Below, in pieces: positions 26,901 through 40,379 of a DNA stretch of 64,000 bases; position 1 is the stretch's first letter, and each line of letters opens with the position of its first letter. The position numbers and the translations under genes are program-made. Origin of the DNA: Eukaryota sp. GEM-RC1 (taxonomy: Eukaryota); assembly GCA_040285855.1 (NCBI GenBank), contig JAUFOQ010000010.1, forward strand, positions 1,674,001 through 1,738,000. Reading direction: 5' to 3'. The notes beneath the pieces are model-generated. The model was not told where the DNA came from, made no database searches, and saw only the letters and a program-made list of their open reading frames with translations.

Positions 26901-28339
26901 AACCTCAGGAGAGAAGCATTCAAAGCAGGGAATGATGATAAAGGGACTTGATGAACCTATATGGTTTATGTGTCTCTCAACTCTCTACTAGAACTTCCAA
27001 CTACACACTAATGGCAAAAGTCCTCCTTCTCAACATTCTCGAGGTCTAGATAGTCTTTTTCTTACAAGTACTTATTGATTCCGTTAGTTACCACTACTGG
27101 ATCAACTGCGTACTGTCTCTGCCAGCGTAGCTTGTGTTGTTCCATTCCTGCTTATCGTCGTTCTTTACTTACATGTGAGCATACCATGCCTTCCCCCTTT
27201 TCCTCAAGGAGATGGAAATCACGTCATCCTTCTCCTCCAACTAGGTCCTTGAAATAGAAGATGATGAATGACTTTATACACCGTGCTGTTCAAAACAGAA
27301 GCCAGTTCGATCGCTCTTCCTCAAACGCTGAAGCTAAATCACACCTCAATTCTCCTACACAATCTCTCAGAAACACTTAGGAATACTAGCTCCCCAAAAG
27401 ATCAGAAGTTTTCTGAATCCGACCAACCTTTCATCTCTCTAGTTCTACACTCCAACTATCTACTTCTTCCCTCTTCCAAAACTAGATCTTCTCTACTTCT
27501 CAGTACTTACTATTGGATTCTACTCACTAGTGGTGAAACTAGTTACTCCTCAGTCAGTACCATAAGTGACACGTCATCAATCTTTTCTAGTACTACTTTA
27601 ACTTTTTTTGGTTATCATACCTATTTTTCTTGAGAGATTCTATTGGTATTCATTCTGTATCTCTTCAATGGCTTTTTCTTCTGTCTTTCATTGTCAACGA
27701 CCATCAAGAACTTCTCTAGGGTCAAAAGATGACGTGTTTTATGATCTTTTGCAAACGTCGTCATCTATACTTGCTACCAAATCTTCTCTATTTCTCTCGT
27801 TGCTTTCAGTGATAGTAATAACCCCATGATCACGTCATCATTGAATCAGTAGATAAAGGTTTCAGACTTACGTTAAGATCTATAATAACCAGGGCAGCAA
27901 CACGCGTGTTTCAACAGAAGATGACGTGATTTGTTCTTCTTTGAGTGGCTGAGAGTTAAGACTGGTGAAACTAGTTGAACTGATCTCTTTGTTGAAGGAA
28001 AATTAACAATGTTCAATTAGTTCTTCTTTCAATCTTTTTAATTCATGTGGTTCCTATTTTATATTTAATTTTATCTGTTATTATAATATATGTAGTTCTA
28101 TTCAGTGGAGGAAGGAATTTTCACTACTCAGAATTTCATATTATTCAAAAATTACTGTTTTTCAGATTGTAGTCAGATATTTTTAGCTATTCTTGGTGTA
28201 CAAAATTACAATAATTAAGGTAATTGTCTTGATCACTTGGTACCCAAGTAAACAATTAATGGACATAGAGGACAGATTGACAGTACTTACATTCAACTTT
28301 GGGATCATAGTGTATATCTTGTATAGCTGAAGAACAACA

Positions 28340-28460
28340 GCAAATCTATCATCAACAACCAATACATTTCCTGGTTTGAGATCTCCATGGACAACTGACT
28401 TACTATGGAGATAGCTTACACCTTGGCAGAGCTCCTTGGCATATTGAACAGTGAGAAAAG
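28340..28460 (-). pseudogene. Protein kinase subdomain VI fragment inside the composite repeat
   Basis: Translates YAKELCQGVSYLHSKSVVHGDLKPGNVLV. Also present at ~60865-60980. Confidence 0.8.
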
Positions 28461-28839
28461 AGAAGGAGTATCAGAAGGAACAGTTTTCTAAATGAATTAA
28501 ATTACTGAAACAGTTTCTCAAGTAAGTCAAAAATCGTTCTAATAATTGAAAGGAATAGTCTTTAAATCGTGATCAATAGTAAAACTTGCAACTATGAGGC
28601 ATTGACAGGCAATCACGAAATACATGATCCTTGTCTCTCTGATGTTTGTGATTTTCCAGAAACTGCAATCATAAACTTTCTGGCAGCATGTCTTAGAGCT
28701 CGAAAAAGATTGTGCTGATATCAGCAAAAATAAGCAATCCATAAGGGTCTCAATGATATAGCCAACCCAAGGCTGGTGTGGGCTTGCTACAGTCATGTAA
28801 AGGTCACGAGATGAGTGTTTAGGTGATCTTCCAAGGATA

Positions 28840-29145
28840 TCAATCATTTTGTTTACTTGGAAGTAGTGGACGAGATAGTAGACGTCATAAGCATTGCTCT
28901 CGTTGAGGGTGAATGACTTTCCGAAGAAGGACTTGAGGAAAGCGAAGAAGTTGTTGGAATCAACAGGGAGATGTGAGAAGTCGATGGGGTTCTCGAGTTT
29001 ATCCCCAAACTCCAAGAACTAGAGGGATCGGAAGTACGTAGAATGAGCAGCAAGGACATATTTATTGACTTCAATGGATTCTTCATTAAATGTAATGGTT
29101 TGGTTACAAAGGGAGGGTTCATCGAGAATGATGGAAAGAGTTTCT
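28840..29145 (-). pseudogene. BTB/POZ domain fragment with in-frame TAG
   Basis: CNQTITFNEESIEVNKYVLAAHSTYFRSL*FLEFGDK..VYYLVHYFQV. The same TAG occurs in copy 2 (61551-61553). Confidence 0.8.
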
Positions 29146-30139
29146 GCTGTAATATTCACCTTCATCCTCAGAAGAAGACTATATTGTATATTATTTGGGG
29201 GGATCATGATGGGGAACAGTAGAATTAAGGCAAATCCGGAAAATAGACGATAGTAGTATCAGTTTCACAGCCACTTGAAAATCAACCCTTCTATTCCGTT
29301 GTTAAGCCAGGTTCTTAATTGAGCATCCTTTAGCGGTTTCCAGTCCCTGGTATCTGAAGTAGACTTCTTAGAAATTAGCAGATTTTCATAATTAACCAAC
29401 TGAATTTGTTGCTTTTGTGCTGCGTCTAGAAAATAATTTTTAGCAAAACAAACAAATTCATCCACTGTAATATGCTGAAGTTGTTGTACCTTCATGCTAC
29501 TTCGAGGACTTTTGACTTTAATGTCTTGACGAAAATAAAATGTAGTGTCTTCAATTTTAAAAAATCACGGGCACTTTTAGCAACACCATAATAGAAGTAC
29601 AACGTTGATTCGACGAATCCCTCTAAAGAAGTTTTTGAAAAGTCTGGGTACTTCCTTCTTCAGTACATCCTTCAAAACAATTTTCAGGTTATTCCAAGAA
29701 GGTGTCGTCAGAGTCCTGCTTTGTTCGTTTCATAACAGGAGACATTATTTATGAACCTGTTTCAGGTTGTCACAAAGTCAATGAACGGTCTTATACAGCC
29801 ATTATAGATCAACCAACATGTAATGTTGACGATAACTGTTATAAAAGCCCTATAAAAAAAGCAGAGAAGATCTAGTGTTAGTGAATATAGCGATACCTAC
29901 TGTAGCAGTTATCTTCACATCTGATGACGTGTCACTCAATCTTAAGGATTTCTCTTTTAACAATAAACCCTTCTTTTCTATCACCGTTGACCTAACAGCA
30001 ACATTTCTGTTTTTTATAGCATTACAGTGTTAACAATATTACGGAGGAAAGAAGTTGCCGTTTTTCAGGTAGGAATTTCCAAGTAGGCTGGCTTAAATTT
30101 TATGTGAGTCGTTCAAGTGGGTTTATGTAAAGTTCTCAG

Positions 30140-32720
30140 TTTTCTTTTTTTTATTTTTTAGCAGACGCCTTTTTATGGAACAAAAACACTAAAATAAACA
30201 TAAATACTAGAATTCAATATCATTAAAGCAACAATCATTGCCATTAAAACTCACATCAGCTTTTTCTTCATAAAAAACACTGAGAGCTAATAGAGCGTTT
30301 GAAATCATGATAGGAATTGTTATAAATATTGTAAAAACAATACTATTCAACCAAAATTTGAAATAAAATTTCTTGTTCATTCTATTTTTGACCACTTTCT
30401 CAAAATCAGAGAGAAAACAAAGAGCATCTCTGCCAAGTCGACCATAAATTGAAATTGCAAAAGGACATAATTTGTACTCAACATGTCTTATATGTTTGAG
30501 AGCAGTCAGTGGTTCATCACATTTGTTTTTCTTGTATTGTTCTGAAGAATTCAGTGGAGACACTTCCTTGAATGCACTTTTTTTGCAAACATCCACAGTA
30601 ATCACATCAACAACGGTTAGTTCATCATTAACTGATGGAACTATAACATCAGCTCTTCGTTTACCAAAAGTCTTATCAGAATCACTATTTTTTGAATTAT
30701 TGATTTCCAGTGATCTCAACAGTGGCTCAACAAAAGATTCGATTTTGTAGGACTTACACATTGCATGAATTTGATCTCTGACAGCATCATGAATACAAGT
30801 TCTATAAGTAATGAAACGATTACAACTCAAAAGATGAGAAAAAGTAACTAATTTACCACATTTGCATTGAAGATCATTGGGTAAATTAGAGGGCCACAAG
30901 AAAAATCGAAGTCTGAATGTTGTAGTCCATTGATGATCATTGAACAACAAACCATAAACCCTGAGGAATTTGGTTAATTAAAGCAACTGAAGAAATGTCC
31001 TTCAAATCGATTAAAAAATTTGCGAAAGCTGGATTCTTTTCTTTGGCCGAGCCAAATCGAATTTTAAAATCCAAACATTCAAAATGTTTTAAAAGGTGTT
31101 TTTGGAATTTCTTCAGAGCAAATTTTAACGAGGTGACACATCGATCTGGTATTTCACGAATATCTGCTGGAAAACAAGTTTGACATAGGTCAGGTGAAAT
31201 TAGCGACAATTCTGATCTCAAATTTACCAAGAAAAAACTACTTGTCGAAACAAGATTTTCTTGACTTGGGTACCGTCTACAGAACTCAAAGACAAAATAA
31301 TTACCACCACAAATGAAAGCAGATTTAGTCCACCATTTAGACGAAGTAAAACCAATACCACCTAGATGAGGATCTGAGAAGATGTGATTGTTCAAAGCAG
31401 CAGGATCCACTGATAACAAAAATTCTAGAAAGTCGGTACGAATTTTGTTAAAGCTTTACAGAAGTTATAAGTAAGTACAGGGGGCAACGAGCGAAGCAGA
31501 TGAGTAACTTTTCCTGAATAACAAAATTTTGAGGCAACCTAAATATACAACTAAATATACATAAATTCACAAAACTGGCTAAATGCACAAAAGACAAACA
31601 CGACAATTTTTGATGACGTTTGGAGTTTCCTTCCTCCTCCTCTTCTTTAATTCTGCTTCTTCGGTAATTGTCAACGATCTTCAAGTACTACTTCTAGGGT
31701 CAAAAGAATGTGCTTTATGGCCTTAGCAAACGTCACCATCTATATATAGTAACAAATCTTTTCTATTACTCTGGTTGTTTTCAGTGCTAGTAATAACCTC
31801 ATGATCACGGCATCATTGAATCAGTTGATAACGTTCTCAGACTTACGTGAAGATCTAGAATTACAAGGGCAGCAACACGCGTGTTTCTCAGGGATAATAT
31901 TTAAAACGTTTTGAATGAACCAACATGAACTCAGAATTTTGTGTTTCAACAGAAGATGACGTGATTTGAAACTGGTGAAACAAGTTATCGGAGCAGCAAA
32001 TTTTTTATTTAACAATTTGATATGTTTTTTCTTTTTTTAAAAAAATAAAGTTTATTATAAATGTTATAGATCAAACAACTAAAATTTGATGTCATTAAAA
32101 CAACACCCGTCGCTATCAAACCTTACAACAGCTTTGTCCTCATAAAAGGCACTCTATATGTTTTTCAATGTCTTGAAGAAATTGTGTTGATTCTGAAATA
32201 ATTTTTTCCAAACAATTAGATACTTCTTGAGACATTTTAGGAACATTCTCTAGCCAACCTCCCAGAAAACGCAAAGCGTCTTCAACATAATTAATAAATG
32301 GAATCTGAACTCCATTAATAAATAATTCTTGTGTTGATCTACCAATTAATTAACATTTGTCTGGGTTCAACGATGGACATAATGTTTCATAAATATCAGC
32401 CACTTCCACAGCGACCTTTCTTCACAAATCAAGGAAACCAATAATAGAAATATCCTCCATATAGCCAACTTTCTTAAGGTCTGGGTATTTTTTAAAGAAC
32501 ACAAAGACAAACCATGAATAGCAAAAAGAAAAAGAGGACCAAGAGCATCTCCTTGTTTAACCCCTGACATAGATTTCAACGAATATGAATCATAAATCAA
32601 ATCACTTGGTTTTCCATAAATTAAATACAAGTAGGATGATAACTCAGGAAAGTCTGTTTCAATATCAGCGGAACAGACTTACGACTAGCTGAATTAAATG
32701 CAGTTTAAAGGTAATTAATT
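30140..32720 (-). mobile_element. CRE/SLACS-like non-LTR retrotransposon, degenerate and interrupted
   Basis: RT motif GVKQGDALGPLF (~32540-32570), LGGIGF, CKCG..HLLSC..HD and RRADV..VVDV. Poly(A) at ~30140-30158. Foreign sequence at ~31450-32040. Confidence 0.85.
31690..31985. repeat. Partial third copy of the composite repeat, inserted into the retrotransposon
   Basis: Matches 27710-27975 and 60288-60500 (CTTCTAGGGTCAAAAGA..CAACACGCGTGTTTC). Confidence 0.8.
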
Positions 32721-34410
32721 CAACGAGTATATTACTCTTTATTAATCGATCTTGAAATTGCACAAATCTTACAATAATTAAAATAAATCAATAAGTTAAA
32801 TAACCAATAGGAGCAAATGAACTCTTAGCAAACCAACTTTTTGTGCTTTAATGTATGGAAATCTTTACATCTAATGTATACAGTAAAGGCTCCGATAGTA
32901 ATTAATTACATATTTCAATTTTCTGCTTAGACAGTCTTGATGTCTATTACAGGAACCTTAGTGACCTTACACCAACTAACCCTCAGGGCATTTTCATCTC
33001 CGTTTATAACTCTCTCATTCAACAACACCAATTACTTGCACATCCTGACGCAGATCCCAAGTTTTTGTTTGAATGTGGTAGATCCTACGAATTAGCGAAG
33101 GTTATCGCAGAGACCATTAGTGGATGGGTGTTGAACTGGTCAACTGCTGACAACGACAAAAGAAAACTGTATACCTTCTCTATCGGAGTTTCCCTGGAAA
33201 ACGTCAACCCTGCTGAATACACTAGTCTTTAAGAAATCCAGCTTGAAAGAGGAATGTCACAGCATTTCTGTTGAACAACTCAAAGAGCTGAACGATACTT
33301 TACATGCTCCGCTTAGTGCGTAAAATTCCTGGGTAGTGTTGTTTGTGAAGGATCCTACAATTCAAGCAAACTGGGTACCGAATGATCTACATTACCGTTA
33401 TCATCCACGAAAAAGTCAAAAAGACAATTTTACAAAATTGTTCTTTTGTGAAAACTCTGATTGTTGTTATTGTAGACTGTTCATGCTTAGAAATAGAATC
33501 CAAGTTCCTCCACGTGCTGTAAGTGCTATATGTACCAAAAATAGCTCGCCCAAACAAAAGGTCATACTAGAGCTCAAGCCTTCATTACTCAGTGTACGTC
33601 AGATCAGAAGTGTTTCGACTCCTAACATTCAACACGCCACTTCTTCGACTTTGTTCGAACAGTGGTTATGATCCCTTCGTATATTCAACGGTTCGTAAAA
33701 TTCAACATCCAGACTCAATTGTCTATGTCACGCGAATGGAACGGTACCACCCCTCTTCAACTTTGGATAGCATTGCTTAAACGTACACAGTTTACAGACG
33801 TAACACGTGTTAGGACTCAACACGCCACTTCTTCGGTATGGGGTAAGGCACACGCTAAACTTACCAGGAAGTATTGAACAGAGAAGTTCAAATCATTTGT
33901 ACGGCAAACACAAATTAGGGTAAGATTTCAAGGACTTAACTGTAACAGTAGAAAGAAAACAGTGACCAAATCACAGCTGTGTGTTACACTTTACACGTAA
34001 TGCTGTGAAGGTGGAACGATCTTTAATTTACCACTGTACAAATCCCAAGCTGGTAATGTAAAATTGTAAGTTGAGACGCACCTAAATTCAGTCGAACCTA
34101 CCAGGTGCAGCAACTCGCTTAATGAAAATGACTTCGGAGCCACAAGATCTCAACATGATTGTAGAAGTGATTGAAAGCTCAACTCCAATCAAAAATATCA
34201 TGTGAGTTACTATAGATGGAGCAGCTGTCAATGTTTTAGCTTTGAACAATTGATAAATATGCTGAACTAGTAACCCACACACTTTCGTTATTACTGAAAG
34301 ATATCGGAAGTTTCAACATGTATAAGATTTGTTGACCAAGGCACATACATTCGTCGTATTTTGTTGACAGATGAGAATCTAGATGAATGCAGTGAATATT
34401 CAGTTATATA

Positions 34411-34590
34411 AAGAAACTAGTTGAGAGTAATACTGGAACTGTCGTTGAGTTAGAGAAACAAGATCTAAAGTTTCATCGTCTCTTTGTCGCCTTAAATGAG
34501 ACTCTTCAAGGGTTCCAATATTGTAGATTCATCGTTGTCCTTGACGGTAGCCACTTACGTACCAAATATAAACAAGTTCTTTTGACGTGA
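34411..34590 (+). mobile_element. Mutator-like (MULE) transposase relic, first catalytic Asp region
   Basis: NTGTVVELEKQDLKFHRLFVALNETLQGFQYCRFIVVLDGSHLRTKYKQVLLT* matches FxRxF..GF..CR..DGxHLxxKY. Confidence 0.8.
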
Positions 34591-35384
34591 GTTAATGATT
34601 TCTATTTCAGCGATAACTACCGTAGAACCTATTTAATGGGAATAATTCCGATCAATTTGAACACATAGTTGAATCTTACGCATACAAAACTCTCAGAAGT
34701 ATCTGTACCAAGATGTAGACCTCAAAAAGACGATTAAGAGTTGGAGAAAGTCAAAGAGGTAAGCGTCCAAGAAAAGCAGATGAAGTAGTTGCTAAAGTTG
34801 AAGTTCCTGAATTATTATCCTATCAGTAAAAGGAAAGCTTGTGGAATGAAGATGACACTGGCAGTGAGTGGAGTTACACTGATTGGACTGATTCTTCAGG
34901 TGACAATGAAGTTCATGTATGTTAGAGACGTTAGAGTAGGGTTTTGGTTTTAGTTTATCAAGTTAAACAAAGTTACGTTGATTGTAGACCAACAGAGGGG
35001 TGTAGGTGTTTCAATGAAAGAGACAGAGAAATTCACATTTTTTCAGAGGAAGTTCTATACAGAAATACTTAATGATGAAAATTGTCTTTCATCATTGAAT
35101 GAAACTACTCTCAAAGCAAGTCACATACACATACAGATACTAGGAGTGGAGAAGAAAAAAAGCCCTGAAATGACTAAATCACAAGAATTAGCAGACGAAG
35201 AAGAATATAGTGAAGTGCATAAGATAAGAGAATCACGGAACTTCAGGGCTTAAAGTGATTCGGCATGAATTACGAATAGAGGAACGACTGAGAAATAGAA
35301 GAAGAAACTGTGGGAGTGAATCATTGACTAGAACATTCTAACGAGAGAGAACGAGATAGTGTGTCTTTGATATGAACTTGAAGA

Positions 35385-37838
35385 ATGCCCAATCTCATGT
35401 CCAATTCAAGTAACTCTCGACCCTCTTCTAGAACTTCCAACACCACTGACGTCAAAAGTCCTCCTTCTAAACGCTCTCGAGTTCTAGATAGTCTTGCTCT
35501 TCCAAATACTTATTGCTTCCCTTCAGATTGCTTCTGCAACAACCTCTATTCCCTGCAAAGAGACAACCTTCTTACTGATACTGTCATTATCTACGATGGC
35601 AACTCTTTCCACTGTCATTCCTTCGTTGTCACTGCTTTCAGTCCTGTTCTTAAGGAGAAGGGTTTGGAATCTACCACAATAGAGTTCCCACATCTTCCTT
35701 TTCTTACAGATCCTGATATCTTCTTCTCAGTCCTATCAACTCTCTATGGACAATCTCTTACTGTTACTCCTGAGAATTTCCCTATGCTTTCCTTCATTGC
35801 TTCTCTTCTTCAGTTCCAGGAGTTAAGTGAGTTTGTTACTGAGAGAATGACAAAAGGGTTGGGAAACTTTGAGGATAACAATTTTGAATTGAATTCAAAA
35901 AGTTAATTTTAAAAATTGTAGAATCTTGCCTTAAAGACGTACGTGTTTCTTACAAAAACACGTCTGCTACATTAAACTCAGTCTTATTGATTTCATTTTC
36001 AAAAATGTTTCAGAGTTTAATTACATGTGAATTTAAAGATTCAGCTGTTAGAAATTTTGAATATTCTGATGAATTTCCGGGTGTTTCTGAACATGTTTTT
36101 GGTTTGTTTTTCGGACTTATTCACTATGAGAATTCTGTTGAATTCACTATTTCCAATATTTTGGAGTTTTTTCAATTATCTGTTTATTTCCAAGTAGATC
36201 AGTTTAAATTGGATTGCAAACACTTTCTCGTTTCGAATTCTCTTTCAAAAGAAGAACTTTTTTATCTTTTGAAAACTTGTAACGACAAGAATCAATTCTA
36301 TTTCATTGATCAAAATTACGAAATTTTCTCAGTTTTTTCAAAAATGGAATATGAACCTTTTACATTAAGAGTTTCTTTTATTTCTTCCTTGCTGCCTGTT
36401 GTTGCTCCTTTTTGGTTGTTTAAATGTTTAATTGAGCTATATAAAGATGAACATTCTCTAGATCCAATAACATCTGAACTTTTAAAATTTCCAGAAAATT
36501 TCCAAGTTGATTTCTTCAAGATTTTCCAGCTTATAGATTCTACTGGTGATTCTAACTTAATTTCCACGATGTTGGAGTGGTCAATTTATATATTTCAAAA
36601 TGTGAATCGTTTTACAAATATTCCTCCAGACTGGTTTCTATGGACCTTACAAAAGAATTCTAATTATTTCACTGATTTAAATCTTTTTGGTGATTGTTTT
36701 CTTTCTACTGTTACAGTTAAGTCCTTGAAATCTTACCCTAATTTGTGTTTGCCGTACAAATGTTTTGAACTTCTTTGTTCAATACTTCCTGGTAAGTTTA
36801 GCATGTGGCTTGGAAAATGTCTTGTGAAATCTTGGAAGAATTCCGAAAAATTCCATATGTCATGGACTGTTGATGGTTTTATTAAATGTATTTCATTAAT
36901 TATGGAGAAACCCGATTTAAATGTAATGCAATTTTTAAAATTTTTAATGGAAATCCGTAAAGACACTAATCTTGGGACTTATATCAATTCTTTTGTAGCT
37001 GAGACTTCACTTAACCTCTGGTCGTCACGTGAAAAAGAGCTCAAAGCTGGTAATCAATTGTATTTAAAAGGGTTGAATTTCTTCAATGGAAATTCCGTGA
37101 CACAGAATTATGAAAAGGCTTTTACTTTGTTTAATCAAGGTGCTGATCTCAATCACGTTGATTGCATCTTCAAATTAGGCAGTTGTTACTATTTAGGTTT
37201 AGGTGTTAAAAAGAATTTCGTGAAAGCTGCTGAATGTTTTAAAAAATCTGCTGATATGGGAAATGTATTTGGTATGCTTAATGTTGGACATTGTTTTTCT
37301 ATGGTAAAGGCGTTAACGAGAATATCAGCGAGGCTCTGAAGTGGTTTAAAAGGCGTCAGAATTAGGAAATTCTGAAGGTTTTCTTGGTCTTTATTTCTGT
37401 TATGATGATGAATCAGGAGTTGAAAAGAATGCTGAAGAAGCTCGCAAACACTTGCAAGTTGCACTTGACATGGGAAATTCTATGGCTATGAATATTATGG
37501 GATGTTTGTTCTCAGAGGGTGCTGAGCAGAATCAAGATGAAGCGTTTAAATATTTTAAATTGTCCTCTGATGGAGGTTGTGCTATTGGAATGACAAACTT
37601 GAGTAATTGCTACATAGAAGGAGCTGGTGTTCCACGAGATGAAAAATTCGGAATCAAGTTATCACAACAAGCTGCAGATTTGAATAGTATTTACGCAATT
37701 AAAAACCTTATCGATATTTACAGTTATAAGCCTAAAACAGCGAGAAATTTAGATTTACTTCGTCACTTGAAAAAGAGAGAGGTAGAGTTAGACGGTTGTT
37801 GTTCTACTGATGAGGCAAAATTACGAGGATTATTGTAA
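35385..37838 (+). pseudogene. BTB-BTB-SEL1-repeat protein, frameshifted (paralog 2)
   Basis: ORFs 35385-35906, 35987-37339 and 37452-37838 are colinear with paralog 1. Frameshifts at ~35900, T5 37294-37298 and ~37355. Ends RGLL-TAA. Confidence 0.85.
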
Positions 37839-38122
37839 TATGTAGAATTGTCAAGATTGTTGTATTAGTGATAATCCATTTTAATCTGGGAGAAATTTCG
37901 TCTAACAATCTATCTATTTTTTTAACTTTGACAGTTCCATCAACTTCTTGTTAGTGTAAGGAAAATTTGCATTTAGATAGGGTTTCAGTTCTAAAATATA
38001 TTTAATTGTTCATATTATTGACACCGCGTGGACATATCAAGTAAACTTAAACAATAAGTGTGGTGTGGTTTTACTTATGTGCATTTTAGAACTTTTTTTT
38101 AAATAGAATATGTGGTCCATAT

Positions 38123-38867
38123 TAGGGCTGTTAATTTATTTGACTTGAACCGACTTGGGGTCCTCCAAGTCGAGTTCAAGTGGACTCGATTCAGTCGTCA
38201 AGTCATTTAACTCAAGTCGACTTGAGGTCGTATAGGATTAGGTGAAGTCGACTTAAACTCGACTCAAGTCGTTAAATTATGTAATTAAGGGTTCATAAAC
38301 TAAATGATTCACAGTAAGCAGAATCTGTATTATAGATACATAGTTTGAGTACTTCATGTTTATACAATAATTTTGTTCAGTACTTCATCGATTGATGTCG
38401 AAATGTTTGTTCAATAAGGAAACAAACACTACCGCGTGTCTTAATGTGATCCAGAAAGCATGAAAAAGACTTACCCAGTAGTCTCGAAGATTATAGTCTA
38501 ACATTTAGCGAATCAAGCAGTATCTAGTGTAAGTCCATCAAATAACGAACAATAAATAGTGTGTGTATAAAATTATTTTTGATGTCGATAAGGATTTACT
38601 TGTATAAAACGGACTTTTAATTCGTGGACAACATCAAATATTCAGTAGAATTTAAAAAGAAATAAATCTAATACATGTACTGTTCAATAAATTGAAACTG
38701 ACGGCCGTAACATTATAATTTCCGAAGTCGAGATTCAGGTCGAGTCATATCGACTCAAGTCCATATGACTCGACTCAGCTTTCAAGTCATTTAACTCAAG
38801 TGGACTTGAGGTCATATGGAAATTGATCAAGTCGACCCGACTCGACTTGAGTCATTTAACAGCTCTA
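38123..38867. mobile_element. hAT-like MITE with GACTC/GACTT subterminal repeats
   Basis: TIRs TAGGGCTGTTAA / TTAACAGCTCTA (11/12). Internal ~35-nt direct repeat at ~38198 and ~38782. No clear TSD. Confidence 0.7.
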
Positions 38868-38899
38868 TATACCCAGGGTCTTATTTTACAAGCTTTAAT

Positions 38900-39510
38900 A
38901 TTTGGGTTTCCAAGCAGTGCACTCCAACACATCTTCAAATAGTATTAACAACTGTTGTGATAATGTATCTACTTACAGATAAAGTGAAGATGGTTTTTGA
39001 CATTTCCATCTGGCATATTTTTCTTTAAAAAAATTCTGCTTTTTTTTTGAATGATATTTCTTCAAGCTCTGCGTCTTCATTTCTTTGTCATTTGCCAAGA
39101 AAATTTTGTTTTAAACTTAAGGATCATGAATGGCTCATAAACATGAGACTTAGGTTAGGTTAATTGCCTTCAGGAATTTTGATGCATACACCATGTTTTT
39201 GTGGCCGTTCAAGGGCTTCAAATTTTCATCATTTAGTTTAATGTCATCAAATGTTTTTCATTTTGGATCAATCATTCACATATGTATCCCGGATACCTGT
39301 TTGGATATGTTTAAAGCTAATGGTTTTGATGCACAAATTGAACCTTTACTTGCTAATCTATCTGATCAGCCAAAAGTTGATAGACGTCGTGGTGATTTGA
39401 TTGGTCTTTGATTATCATGTTAGGATATTATCATGGATTTCACAACTGTTGATCCTGAGAATTCAAGATCAATTTCGAAAATTTTTGATGATTTTTCTGC
39501 TCTTGAAGTA
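38900..39510 (+). mobile_element. CRE-like retrotransposon fragment
   Basis: WLINMRLRLG, MFKANGFDAQIEPLL..RRRGDLIG and MDFTTVDP. Confidence 0.75.
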
Positions 39511-40379
39511 AAATTGTTTAATGAGATCTTCCAAAGCAATCCCAGAAGTAAACAAATGGAAAACATTGTAGAAGGAGATCATCCAATCTCAAATAATATA
39601 AAACAATATTTTGGATTAATGAGGAAAATAATTTATTGTTTTGACATCATCGTACCCTTCCCACTGATATGACTGAGGATATCTACCTACTGAAGTTCTA
39701 GATGCTTTGGTAAAGTTTGTACTACTGTATAAGGAATGAGGCTTCAAAAATGCATTGTCCATCAGTCTTCTTTTCAAACACCTCATTGGGTTTAAGTCCT
39801 CGTACATATCCATTTTAATAAATGTCAAGTGCAAAAGGATAACTGTTTTTCATTTTTTTTGTTCAAAACATAGTTCAGATGTACACGAGTTGCATTTTTC
39901 ATATACTGTTTAGACACAAATAGACATATACATTTGTATTCATTGCTACATACACTAAGTAACAACTGTACATTATTCAACAACAACTATAATCGTCAAC
40001 CACTACACCTTTAGTAGTCTATTTTTTGTATATGTCTTCAATTTACACCGGCCCCTTAGGATACAGATGTCATGATCACCTCCTCCATTTCCGAACAGAC
40101 ACCGGACAATCCGTTATCATCACATACCGGACTCTCTTCACTTTCTTCTTCGACATTGTTTTCTGTAGCTATCGAAGAATCCGAATGGTTAGATTTAGGT
40201 GATGTAATAACACTATCAGATTGGGTTGAAGACATCAGCTACTAGAGGAAGTCGTAGAGATTATGTTAAAACTGAAGTAGAATACAGTGGTACATGTAGT
40301 GTTAGTACTGGAACAGTACCCATAAAAATTAATCTACTTTATCTTCTCACCTGGAATCTAGATCCCAAGACAAAAATAA

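Larger units (their letters stand above)
26350..29235. repeat. Composite gene-fragment repeat, copy 1 (copy 2 at 58820-61690)
   Basis: Colinear similarity throughout. 28078-29141 is nearly identical to 60601-61672. Confidence 0.85.

Noticed and set aside
33336..33877. Overlapping short ORFs and an 18-nt direct repeat (CAACACGCCACTTCTTCG)
   Set aside because: Only two repeat copies and no identifiable protein family.
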